A DNA stretch of 12,294 nt, from assembly GCA_964573185.1 (NCBI GenBank), contig CAZNIQ010000022.1, positions 1 through 12,294 on the forward strand, in the 5' to 3' direction. The notes beneath the pieces were generated by a model, which ran no database searches, was not told where the DNA came from, and saw only the letters and a list, made by a program, of their open reading frames with translations. How positions within the stretch are numbered: the first letter of the stretch is position 1; each line of letters begins with the position of its first letter. The position numbers and the translations under genes are program-made. This document shows positions 1 to 6,550 of this stretch, in pieces. The stretch comes from Candidatus Woesearchaeota archaeon. GTDB lineage: Archaea; Nanobdellota; Nanobdellia; Nanobdellales; CAZNIQ01.

Positions 1-205
1 ATTTAATTAGATGTCTTTGAGGAGTATCAGGAGAAACAAAAATTCTTTTAGCTTTTTTATATTCTTCTAATTCTAAAATTTTCATTATAGTAACCTCTAC
101 TCCCTTAAAATTTGGTATATGGTTTTCACAGGGGAACAAACATATTCCTCTTTCTTTTAAAATTCTCCAAACATATTCTCTAACTTCTTGCTTAGATTTG
201 AACAT
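1..205 (-). CDS. 5-formyltetrahydrofolate cyclo-ligase family protein (COG0212-like), N-terminal part only; continues beyond the window start
   Basis: My translation of the minus strand from the ATG at 205..203 gives MFKSKQEVREYVWRILKERGICLFPCENHIPNFKGVEVTIMKILELEEYKKAKRIFVSPDTPQRHLIK with no stop. The pattern fP...IPNFkG.e.....l..l.ey..Ak.ifv.PDtPQ matches the N-terminal signature of the MTHFS-like family as I remember it. It is missing from the ORF track because it runs off the edge. Confidence 0.55.
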   Translation of the reverse strand, partial: MFKSKQEVREYVWRILKERGICLFPCENHIPNFKGVEVTIMKILELEEYKKAKRIFVSPDTPQRHLIK

Positions 206-244
206 AAAAAAGTTTAAGAAAATAATACTTACAAATTTTGGCTC

Positions 245-1603
245 ATGAAGTTAATAGTAACTATAGGACCTGCTTCGGAGAAGGAGGAAACTATAAGTAA
301 GTTATTGAAAATAGCAGATGGTGTAAGACTTAATCTAAAACATGGAGATTTTGATGAACATGAAAGAAGAATCAAAATAATAAGAAAATTCGAAAAAGGG
401 CATAATAAGTATGTGCCAATAATAGGAGATATACCTGGTGTTGAAATTAGAACAGGAGATATGGAGGATTTGGAAGTAAAAGAAAATCAAGAAGTTTTAA
501 TTAATTTTTCAGAGGAATATGAGAAAGGATTAATATGGATACCATTTCCAAAAGTTTCTAGATACTTGAGGGAGGGGGATAGAATTTTGATAGACGATGG
601 GCAAATAGAGCTCAAAGTTATAGAAAAAATTGATAATCACGTATTCAAAGCAAAAGTTATAAGAGGAGGTATCATTAAAGCTAGAAAATCCGTAAGCTTT
701 CCAGATACGGAAATAGAGCTATCTGTATTCGAAAATAAAAAGAATGAGGAATTGTTGAAGTTTGTCATTGAAAACGATTTAGATTATGTAGCAATATCCT
801 TTGTTCAATCTGTTTACCAGGTATTAGAAGTAAAAGAATTTCTAAAGAAATATAGTTCAGATCAATGGGTAATGTCAAAAATAGAGCATAGGGTTGCTTT
901 AAAGAACTTAAAAGAAATAATAAAGGCTTCAGATTCTATAATGGTTGCTAGAGGAGATTTAGCAGTAGAAGTTGGAATAGAAAACTTGCCTTTAATTCAA
1001 AAGAGAATAGTAGACGAATGCCAGAGATTGCTAAAGCCAGTATATGTTGCTACACAATTTCTTGCTAGTATGATATATAACCCAATACCCACTAGAGCAG
1101 AAGTTTCAGATATAGCAAATGCTATTCTAGATGGTGCAGATGGTATTATTCTTACTAACGAAACGGCCGTAGGAAAATATCCAGTCGAAGCTGCTATGGT
1201 AGCTAAGAAAGTTATCCAAAATACTGTTGAGTTTGCAAATATAAAACCTAATATTGAAGTGGAAAATCTAAATACTATCGTAGCGAAGCACGCAGTGGAA
1301 ATGAATAGGGAAATCAAAAATTCTATTATTATCGCAGAAACGGAAACGGGATTCACTGCTATAAATGTTACTAGATTTAAACCGAAGGAAATTATAGTTA
1401 TCACTAATAATAAGAGGGTTGCGAGAAATGTTTCTATCTTATGGGGAGTAAAGAAAGTAATTATAGCTCCTGAGATCATTAATAAGATCGTTGATGAAGA
1501 AATCTTAAGAAAGATAACGAATCTTAAAGATGTAGTTGCCATTTACGTTGGATCACCAATTTTAAAAAGGAAAACAACTTTAATCCATGTCCTTCAATTA
1601 TAA
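245..1603 (+). CDS. pyk: Pyruvate kinase
   Basis: 452 aa. N-terminal KLIVTIGPAS...RLNLKHG...GDIPGVEIRTG. Core MVARGDLAVEVGIENLPLIQKRIVDECQRLLKPVYVATQFLASMIYNPIPTRAEVSDIANAILDGADGIILTNETAVGKYPVEAA matches the pyruvate kinase barrel motifs (MVARGDLG, TQMLeSM, PTRAE..DVANA, GETA.GkYP). Confidence 0.85.
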   Translation: MKLIVTIGPASEKEETISKLLKIADGVRLNLKHGDFDEHERRIKIIRKFEKGHNKYVPIIGDIPGVEIRTGDMEDLEVKENQEVLINFSEEYEKGLIWIPFPKVSRYLREGDRILIDDGQIELKVIEKIDNHVFKAKVIRGGIIKARKSVSFPDTEIELSVFENKKNEELLKFVIENDLDYVAISFVQSVYQVLEVKEFLKKYSSDQWVMSKIEHRVALKNLKEIIKASDSIMVARGDLAVEVGIENLPLIQKRIVDECQRLLKPVYVATQFLASMIYNPIPTRAEVSDIANAILDGADGIILTNETAVGKYPVEAAMVAKKVIQNTVEFANIKPNIEVENLNTIVAKHAVEMNREIKNSIIIAETETGFTAINVTRFKPKEIIVITNNKRVARNVSILWGVKKVIIAPEIINKIVDEEILRKITNLKDVVAIYVGSPILKRKTTLIHVLQL

Positions 1604-2654
1604 AGATATAGCAAGAATAATATTAGAATCAAAGGAGCCAATACTAATTATAACAGATTCCGATCAAGATGGCATAGCTTCTGGAATTTTAATGAAAATC
1701 ATCTTACAAAAATTAAATAAAAACTTTGAAGTTTTAGTGAGGAATCATGGAAAAATTTCTTATCAAGATTTAATGAAAATTAAAGAAAAATATAAAGAAT
1801 ACGAGACTTTTATCTTATTAGATTCTCCATACCCTGATGAAGCTTTAATTGATTTAGCTAAAGAAAAGAAAGTAATCTATATTGACCATCATAAAAGAGA
1901 AGTTCCAAAGGACATACCTGAAAATTTAATTTATTTTGATGTAAGAGCTTTAAATTTAGATATAATATCAACTGCAGGAATAGTATATAGAATTGGCAAA
2001 GAATTGTTTGATGATGGATTCAAGAGATATTCCTTAATAGCAGTAATTGGCGCTATAGGAGATTATATGTTTGAACAAGATGAAATGTTGAAAAAGGATT
2101 TTAGGGAAGAATACCCCTCTTTATATCTTAGAGAATCCTTTACTCCTCAACTTTTCTATATATTTTCATATTTCTTATTCGGAAATCCGAAATATCTTGT
2201 AGAGAATGGGGAAAAAATATTAGATAACCTGCAAGAATTTTTTAGCAAAAAATTAGTTAAAGGATGCGTAAAAGGGTTAAAGAAGTTTACGAAAGCTTTG
2301 AATAATCTTAGATTAATTTACTCTTCAGAGAAACTTGAAGTTTATAGGAGTACATCATCTTCCTATCCTGCAAATTTAATATCTTCTTTAAAACCAAATA
2401 AAATAATTGTTGTAGTTTCTCCGGCTTATGAAAATCTCTTTGAAAAGCTTTTGGCAAAAATCGGGATTATAAGAAAATATAAATTGTCTATTAGAAGAAG
2501 GGTAATTAATATAGATGTTGGGAAGCTGATTTCTGAATTTACTGAAAGGTATGGAATTCAGGGAGGGGGTCATCCTGAAGCTGCTGGAGGATTGATATAT
2601 GCTAGAGACTTAGATAAATTAATAAGATTTATAGAAGATAAATTGAAGGAGTGA
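1587..2654 (+). CDS. DHH/DHHA1-family phosphoesterase (archaeal RecJ/GAN- or NrnA-like)
   Basis: 355 aa. Contains ITDSDQDGIASG (DHH motifs I/II), YIDHHK (DHH motif) and C-terminal GIQGGGHPEAAGG (the DHHA1 GGGH motif). Overlaps the pyk stop by 17 nt, which suggests co-transcription. Confidence 0.75.
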   Translation: MSFNYKDIARIILESKEPILIITDSDQDGIASGILMKIILQKLNKNFEVLVRNHGKISYQDLMKIKEKYKEYETFILLDSPYPDEALIDLAKEKKVIYIDHHKREVPKDIPENLIYFDVRALNLDIISTAGIVYRIGKELFDDGFKRYSLIAVIGAIGDYMFEQDEMLKKDFREEYPSLYLRESFTPQLFYIFSYFLFGNPKYLVENGEKILDNLQEFFSKKLVKGCVKGLKKFTKALNNLRLIYSSEKLEVYRSTSSSYPANLISSLKPNKIIVVVSPAYENLFEKLLAKIGIIRKYKLSIRRRVINIDVGKLISEFTERYGIQGGGHPEAAGGLIYARDLDKLIRFIEDKLKE

Positions 2655-2704
2655 GGGCCGGGACCTTCTCTGAAGGGTGAGGAGGGTGCTCTAAACCGAT
2701 CCTT
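2646..2704 (+). ncRNA. Candidate box C/D sRNA with degenerate boxes (sRNA-A)
   Basis: Read directly: AAGGA | GTGAGGG (C, 2651-2657) | CCGGGACCTTCT (12 nt) | CTGA (D', 2670-2673) | AGG | GTGAGGA (C', 2677-2683) | GGGTGCTCTAAA (12 nt) | CCGA (D, 2696-2699) | TCCTT, then T5. The flanks form a 5-bp terminal stem (AAGGA/TCCTT). The 12-nt spacers are exact and the segment is GC-rich in an AT-rich context. Boxes C and D deviate from RUGAUGA/CUGA. Confidence 0.5.
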
Positions 2705-2707
2705 TTT
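2703..2707 (+). terminator. Oligo-T tract downstream of the DHH gene and sRNA-A
   Basis: A TTTTT run immediately follows the sRNA-A terminal stem. Archaeal termination commonly uses oligo-T tracts. Confidence 0.35.
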
Positions 2708-2720
2708 ATATTTATAAAAT

Positions 2721-2772
2721 TTTCAGTTCACTCGGGAGTCATCATGTTCAGCGATGAGCCGTTTCATCATAT
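2721..2772 (-). ncRNA. Box C/D sRNA (sRNA-B), canonical
   Basis: Minus strand reads ATGATGA (C, 2770-2764) | AACGGCTCATCG (12 nt) | CTGA (D', 2751-2748) | AC | ATGATGA (C', 2745-2739) | CTCCCGAGTGAA (12 nt) | CTGA (D, 2726-2723). All four boxes are perfect consensus and the guide spacing is the archaeal-typical 12 nt. Confidence 0.85.
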
Positions 2773-2780
2773 ATTTAAAT
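2771..2780 (+). promoter_or_regulatory. TATA-like box for rpl24 (leaderless-type spacing)
   Basis: ATATTTAAAT is centred about 26 nt upstream of the ATG at 2801. No Shine-Dalgarno-like purine tract lies in between. Confidence 0.4.
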
Positions 2781-2800
2781 CTTATTGAAATAAGGTTTTT

Positions 2801-3301
2801 ATGAAAAAGATAAGAAATCCTAATCCAGAAGATTGGTCTCCTACTTGGAAAGGTTCTAAACAACCAAGAAAACAAAGGAAATATTTATACAATGCGCCTT
2901 TACATGTAAGAAGAAAATTAATAAGAGCACATCTTTCAAGAGAATTAAGACAATTGTTGCAAAGAAGAAGCGTAACATTGAGAGTAGGAGACTATGTAAG
3001 GATTGAAAGAGGAGATTTTAGAGGAATGGAAGGATATGTTATTTATGTTGACACAAGAAATTACAGGGTTTATGTTGATTGTGCCTATATCACAAAGAAA
3101 AATGGAGAAAAAGCATATTACCCAATACATCCCTCCAAATTGACAGTATTAAAGCTAAATCTTTCTGATCCAAAAAGAATAGAGACCTTGACAAGAGGTA
3201 AGAACATTCCACAAGAGAACATTGAGAAATTGAAAGCACAATATGCTGTATCCGAAGAAGAGCTAAAGAAGGTTATGGAATTGAATGAACAATTCAAATA
3301 A
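2801..3301 (+). CDS. rpl24: 50S ribosomal protein uL24 (L24P/L26e)
   Basis: 166 aa. Contains SKQPRKQRKYLYNAPLHVRRKLIRAHLSRELR and the KOW motif VGDYVRIERGDFRGMEGYVIYVD, then PIHPSKL. Classic archaeal L24. Confidence 0.9.
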   Translation: MKKIRNPNPEDWSPTWKGSKQPRKQRKYLYNAPLHVRRKLIRAHLSRELRQLLQRRSVTLRVGDYVRIERGDFRGMEGYVIYVDTRNYRVYVDCAYITKKNGEKAYYPIHPSKLTVLKLNLSDPKRIETLTRGKNIPQENIEKLKAQYAVSEEELKKVMELNEQFK

Positions 3302-3485
3302 ATAAATAGATCCCGATTCCCTCTTTTAATTCTTTACAGATTTTATTTCTAACTTTTCAAGAGCCCCTTTTAGAACTATAATGTATAAAATATCAGTGTT
3401 TATTAATCCTCCAATTTCCATCTATTTTATTAGGTTTTTAGGATTCTCAATTTAGATTTTAAAGGAAACAAGCTCCATATAAATT

Positions 3486-3494
3486 CTTTTAAAA
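3486..3494 (+). promoter_or_regulatory. TATA-like box for rps4e
   Basis: CTTTTAAAA is centred about 25 nt upstream of the ATG at 3515. Confidence 0.35.
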
Positions 3495-3514
3495 TTATTT
3501 TTATAAGAGTTCCA

Positions 3515-4246
3515 ATGGGTCATACTACTGGAAGAAGACATTTGAGAAGATTAGCAGCTCCAAAGACCTGGCCAATACCTAGAAAAGGTACTTATTGGGT
3601 CGTAAAACCAAATCCTGGGCCACATTCAATGGAATTATCTATGCCAATAGCCTTATGGATAAGAGACTATTTGAAATATGCTCAAACTTTAAGAGAGGTA
3701 AAATATATTTTGAATCACAATAAGGTTTATGTTGACGGAAAACCAATAAAAGATTATAAGTATCCTGTCGGTTTATTTGATGTTATTTGGTTTCCAGATT
3801 TAGATGAATATTGGAGAGTGTTAATAAATGAAAAAGGAAAATTATATTTGAAAAGAATTGATGAAAAGGAAGCCTGGATAAAGCCATTAAGAATAAAGAG
3901 AAAACAAATGGTAAATGGCGGAAAAGTTCAGTTAACCTTATTTGATGGAAGAAATGTAGTAGTAGACGATCCTAAGAAATATAAGACGGGAGATACTTTA
4001 GTTTTGGATCTAAAAGAAAAAAAGATAATAGATCATATACCAATGGAAAAAGGAGTAACCTTGTTCTTCTATTATGGAGCAAAGGTTGGAACCCTTGGAA
4101 TACTTGAAGAAATAAAGATATTGCATAAGCCTTATGGACATACAAGGTTTGTAGTTTATAAGGATTATAAAACAGGGGAAATAAAAGAGACTATCTGGGA
4201 TTACGCTTATGTCGTCGGAAGAGAGAAACCAATTATTGAAATATAA
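3515..4246 (+). CDS. rps4e: 30S ribosomal protein eS4 (S4e)
   Basis: 243 aa. The N-terminus MGHTTGRRHLRRLAAPKTWPIPRKGTYWVVKPNPGPHS is the S4e signature (G..hLKRl.aP..W.i.rK...w...p.pGPH). It is followed by S4-like and KOW-like segments. Confidence 0.92.
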   Translation: MGHTTGRRHLRRLAAPKTWPIPRKGTYWVVKPNPGPHSMELSMPIALWIRDYLKYAQTLREVKYILNHNKVYVDGKPIKDYKYPVGLFDVIWFPDLDEYWRVLINEKGKLYLKRIDEKEAWIKPLRIKRKQMVNGGKVQLTLFDGRNVVVDDPKKYKTGDTLVLDLKEKKIIDHIPMEKGVTLFFYYGAKVGTLGILEEIKILHKPYGHTRFVVYKDYKTGEIKETIWDYAYVVGREKPIIEI

Positions 4247-4373
4247 AAAATACGGATTTCCTTTAGAGGGTACTTTACTTTTAATACTTTTTGATAACCT
4301 AGAAGGGGAATACGAAGGTTTTAAATGCTATCAATATTGGCCTAGAACAATAATACAGAAGGAAGGTTTTAGA

Positions 4374-4634
4374 ATGGAAAATACGTCAATATACAATCCA
4401 ACAATTCTTATAGAAGCTCATGTACGTTATAAAACTCTAGTAGATAAAATATTAGACTTGATTAAAAAAGCTAAAATTGGAGAGATCGTAAGTTACAAGT
4501 ACTTAAATAGTCATATTTCTGCTGAAATTTTTGGATACGACCAGTCACCGGTACTATGGTTAAAACTCTACTATTATTTATCAGGTATTACCAGGGGTCA
4601 TCATAAATCAGTGGCCGCTGTCAGTCATCACTAA
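4374..4634 (+). CDS. Hypothetical protein (doubtful). The track ORF starts at 4209 inside rps4e; the internal Met at 4374 is an alternative start
   Basis: Open frame only, with no recognisable motif. The last ~18 codons (..GHHKSVAAVSHH) are the antisense of the box elements of C/D sRNA-C, so at least the 3' end may be open by accident. Confidence 0.3.
   Translation: MENTSIYNPTILIEAHVRYKTLVDKILDLIKKAKIGEIVSYKYLNSHISAEIFGYDQSPVLWLKLYYYLSGITRGHHKSVAAVSHH
4578..4634 (-). ncRNA. Box C/D sRNA (sRNA-C), canonical
   Basis: Minus strand reads TTA | GTGATGA (C, 4631-4625) | CTGACAGCGGCCA (13 nt) | CTGA (D', 4611-4608) | TTT | ATGATGA (C', 4604-4598) | CCCCTGGTAATAC (13 nt) | CTGA (D, 4584-4581) | TAA. 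The flanks form a 3-bp terminal stem (UUA/UAA). Confidence 0.8.
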
Positions 4635-4664
4635 CCTTTTATTTCTTATCTCTTTATAAACCAA

Positions 4665-5189
4665 ATGGGTAATGCGAATAAGGATAATCCTATGAGACAA
4701 ATAAGAATAGAAAAAGTAACAGTTAATATTGGTGTTGGACAACCTGGTGAGAGATTAGAAAAAGCGTATAAGCTTTTGGAAAGGCTTTTCAAACAAAAAC
4801 CTGTTATAACTAAAGCTAAAACAAGAGTTCCTGCTTGGGGAATAAGGCCGGGATTACCAATTGGTGTCAAGGTAACTATTAGAGGCAAAAGGGCTTATGA
4901 AATATTAAACTGGCTTCTAGATGCTGTTAATAGAACCTTAAAAAGATCAAATTTCGATGACTTTGGAAACTTCGGATTTGGAATTAAAGAATACATTTAT
5001 ATCCCGGGAGTAAAGTATGATCCTGAAATCGGAATGTTTGGAATGGATGTTGTTGTTACCTTGGAAAGACCGGGCTATAGGGTTCTAAAAAGAAGAATAA
5101 AAAGATCTTGGATACCTAGGAGGCATAGAATTACCAAGGAAGAAGCTATTGAATGGGTTCAAAAAACATTTAAAGTCAAAGTTATTTAA
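4665..5189 (+). CDS. rpl5: 50S ribosomal protein uL5
   Basis: 174 aa. NPMRQIRIEKVTVNIGVGQPGERLEKA ... FGNFGFGIKEYIYIPGVKYDPEIGMFGMDVVVTLERPGYRV matches archaeal L5. The start could instead be the second Met at 4692. Confidence 0.92.
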   Translation: MGNANKDNPMRQIRIEKVTVNIGVGQPGERLEKAYKLLERLFKQKPVITKAKTRVPAWGIRPGLPIGVKVTIRGKRAYEILNWLLDAVNRTLKRSNFDDFGNFGFGIKEYIYIPGVKYDPEIGMFGMDVVVTLERPGYRVLKRRIKRSWIPRRHRITKEEAIEWVQKTFKVKVI

Positions 5190-5197
5190 TAAATTTA

Positions 5198-5202
5198 TTT
5201 TT
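5198..5202 (+). terminator. Oligo-T tract after rpl5
   Basis: A T5 run within TTTATTTTTAACTTTT starts 5 nt after the rpl5 stop, in a 45-nt convergent spacer. Confidence 0.35.
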
Positions 5203-5215
5203 AACTTTTATAATT

Positions 5216-5221
5216 AAAAAA
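5216..5221 (-). terminator. Oligo-T tract after the fibrillarin gene
   Basis: The A6 run on the plus strand is T6 on the minus strand, 14 nt downstream of the fibrillarin stop (5235). Confidence 0.35.
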
Positions 5222-5234
5222 TAGCAACAGGAGT

Positions 5235-5936
5235 TTAGACCTTTTGAACCAAAAACATTGCGTGGTCTCTATGATAAGGATCTAATCTAACCATGTCAAT
5301 TATCTTCAATCCATGTTCTTTTAGTTGTTTTTCAACTTCCCTGAAAACTATTTTAGGATCTTTTGTAACGTCTATGGATCTAGACTTTACAGCAATCATC
5401 GCATATCCTTTTGGCTTCAAGAACCAATCAATGTTTTTGATGAATATCTCTACTTGATGCGGTTGTGCTACATCTTGATAAACGAAATCTACTTGACAGA
5501 CTATATGCTCATACGTTTCGGGTCTGTTAGCGTCAGCTAAAATAGGTATTATGTTCTTTCTCTTTTCAACAACAGGAATCAACTCTCTTACAACTCTTGG
5601 AGCAACATCTACTCCAAAGATTAATCCTTTCTCACCAATAATATCTGAAACGTGTGAGGCGGTAGTACCAGAAGCAATACCTAAATATAAAACATAATCT
5701 CCTTCATTTAAAGGTACCATCTTTATATTTTTGAGTATAGCAGCTGCTAACTTGGATCTATGAGCTATCCATTCTCTCAACTCCCCAATTTTTTTATCTC
5801 TAAATAATCTTTCACCATATACTTGCTGTCCCGGTACTAAATTTTTAGTAAACAATTTCTTTTTATTTTTAGGATCAATATATACCCCTTTATATTTTGG
5901 GTGTGGCTTTACTCTTATTTCTCTTACCTTTGGCAT
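5235..5936 (-). CDS. flpA: Fibrillarin-like rRNA/tRNA 2'-O-methyltransferase
   Basis: 233 aa. Contains ..YGERL....[17 protein letters not shown]...... and the SAM motif [18 protein letters not shown], then [35 protein letters not shown] .. DVAQP.Q. Textbook archaeal fibrillarin. Confidence 0.93.
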   Translation of the reverse strand: MPKVREIRVKPHPKYKGVYIDPKNKKKLFTKNLVPGQQVYGERLFRDKKIGELREWIAHRSKLAAAILKNIKMVPLNEGDYVLYLGIASGTTASHVSDIIGEKGLIFGVDVAPRVVRELIPVVEKRKNIIPILADANRPETYEHIVCQVDFVYQDVAQPHQVEIFIKNIDWFLKPKGYAMIAVKSRSIDVTKDPKIVFREVEKQLKEHGLKIIDMVRLDPYHRDHAMFLVQKV

Positions 5937-5955
5937 AAAATATGTTTTCCATTAA

Positions 5956-5976
5956 GTATAATAATGTTTTTAAGTA
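5956..5976. promoter_or_regulatory. Compact bidirectional promoter region (flpA to the left, ORF158 to the right)
   Basis: The divergent spacer is 60 bp (5937-5996). The minus strand has TTATTATA centred about 24-25 nt upstream of the flpA ATG (5936). The plus strand has TTTTTAAGTA centred about 25 nt upstream of the ATG at 5997. Confidence 0.4.
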
Positions 5977-5996
5977 TTTACTATTGGGTAGTAATT

Positions 5997-6473
5997 ATGT
6001 CAACCATAGACTCTAAAATCAGGAAGATTTCACTATATAAATTTGAAGAAGCCGTAAAGGAAGGGATTTATGAATTACTAAAACCAGGAATAATAGATCA
6101 CTATAAAGATGTTAGAGAATTTATTTGTAGAGAACAATGCAATGACAATGATTGTATAAGAAAATGCAATGAAAACCCCGTTGAATTTTATCTAAAATAT
6201 TTAAATGCGAGATCAGAATTAAATTCTCTAGATGCTCTAGTAGAAAAATATGGTGCAAACAAAGATTCTGTTAAAGCTTTCTTGTCAAGGATATTTTTTG
6301 GTAGCTTTATTTATAAAGATCCAGAAGAAAATAAAGAGGAAATCTGCAGGAAACTTTATAACAATCCTGAAAAATATGGAAGGAAAATAGGAAATGAAAT
6401 GGTATCTCATAATCCAAAGGTGGTTTCTAAAGCTTTAGTAGCATATTTATGGTTAAAGAACATTTGTTATTAA
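5997..6473 (+). CDS. Hypothetical protein with a CX3CX4CX3C motif
   Basis: The track ORF begins at 5901 but would overlap the flpA start and promoter. The ATG at 5997 (MSTIDSKIRK...) has a TATA-like box at -25, giving 158 aa. Contains CREQCNDNDCIRKC. No family recognised, and there is no NOP-domain signature, so it is not Nop5. Confidence 0.55.
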   Translation: MSTIDSKIRKISLYKFEEAVKEGIYELLKPGIIDHYKDVREFICREQCNDNDCIRKCNENPVEFYLKYLNARSELNSLDALVEKYGANKDSVKAFLSRIFFGSFIYKDPEENKEEICRKLYNNPEKYGRKIGNEMVSHNPKVVSKALVAYLWLKNICY

Positions 6474-6527
6474 TCAGTGTGGGCAAGAGATCATCATAGT
6501 CAGTTACCGCTATCTTCATCACCTTAA
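6470..6527 (-). ncRNA. Box C/D sRNA (sRNA-D), canonical
   Basis: Minus strand reads GTGATGA (C, 6522-6516) | AGATAGCGGTAA (12 nt) | CTGA (D', 6503-6500) | CT | ATGATGA (C', 6497-6491) | TCTCTTGCCCACA (13 nt) | CTGA (D, 6477-6474). Box D abuts the stop codon of the convergent ORF158 (6471-6473). Confidence 0.8.
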
Positions 6528-6550
6528 CTTTTAATTTCCATATATATTTT

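Noticed and set aside
997-1542. 181-aa minus-strand ORF inside the pyruvate kinase gene
   Set aside because: It lies entirely antisense to a well-supported pyk coding region. The product is low-complexity and hydrophobic with no motif. This is a typical shadow ORF.
2388-2573. 61-aa minus-strand ORF inside the DHH gene, and the 61-aa minus-strand ORF at 2945-3130 inside rpl24
   Set aside because: Both are short and lie antisense to confidently identified genes. Neither has a promoter-like context.
2655-2700. GC-rich patch considered as a split-tRNA half gene (Nanoarchaeum-style) or other tRNA fragment
   Set aside because: Neither strand gives an acceptor/D-arm or T-arm/acceptor half. I found no GTTCGAATC-type T-loop. 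The sequence fits C/D sRNA geometry much better.
3326-3421. 31-codon minus-strand ORF (MEIGGLINTDILYIIVLKGALEKLEIKSVKN) in the 213-nt L24-S4e spacer
   Set aside because: It is too short to support from sequence alone. It has no well-spaced TATA-like box and no motif. The spacer has no C/D boxes or GC-rich structured segment either, so I leave it unannotated.
4646-4888. 80-aa minus-strand ORF antisense to rpl5, and the 71-aa plus-strand ORF at 5325-5540 antisense to flpA
   Set aside because: Both are shadow ORFs of highly conserved genes.
5901-5996. Upstream extension of ORF158 to the ATG at 5901
   Set aside because: It would overlap the flpA start codon and run through the shared promoter. 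The extra residues are hydrophobic junk ([16 protein letters not shown]..). The ATG at 5997 has a TATA-like box at -25.
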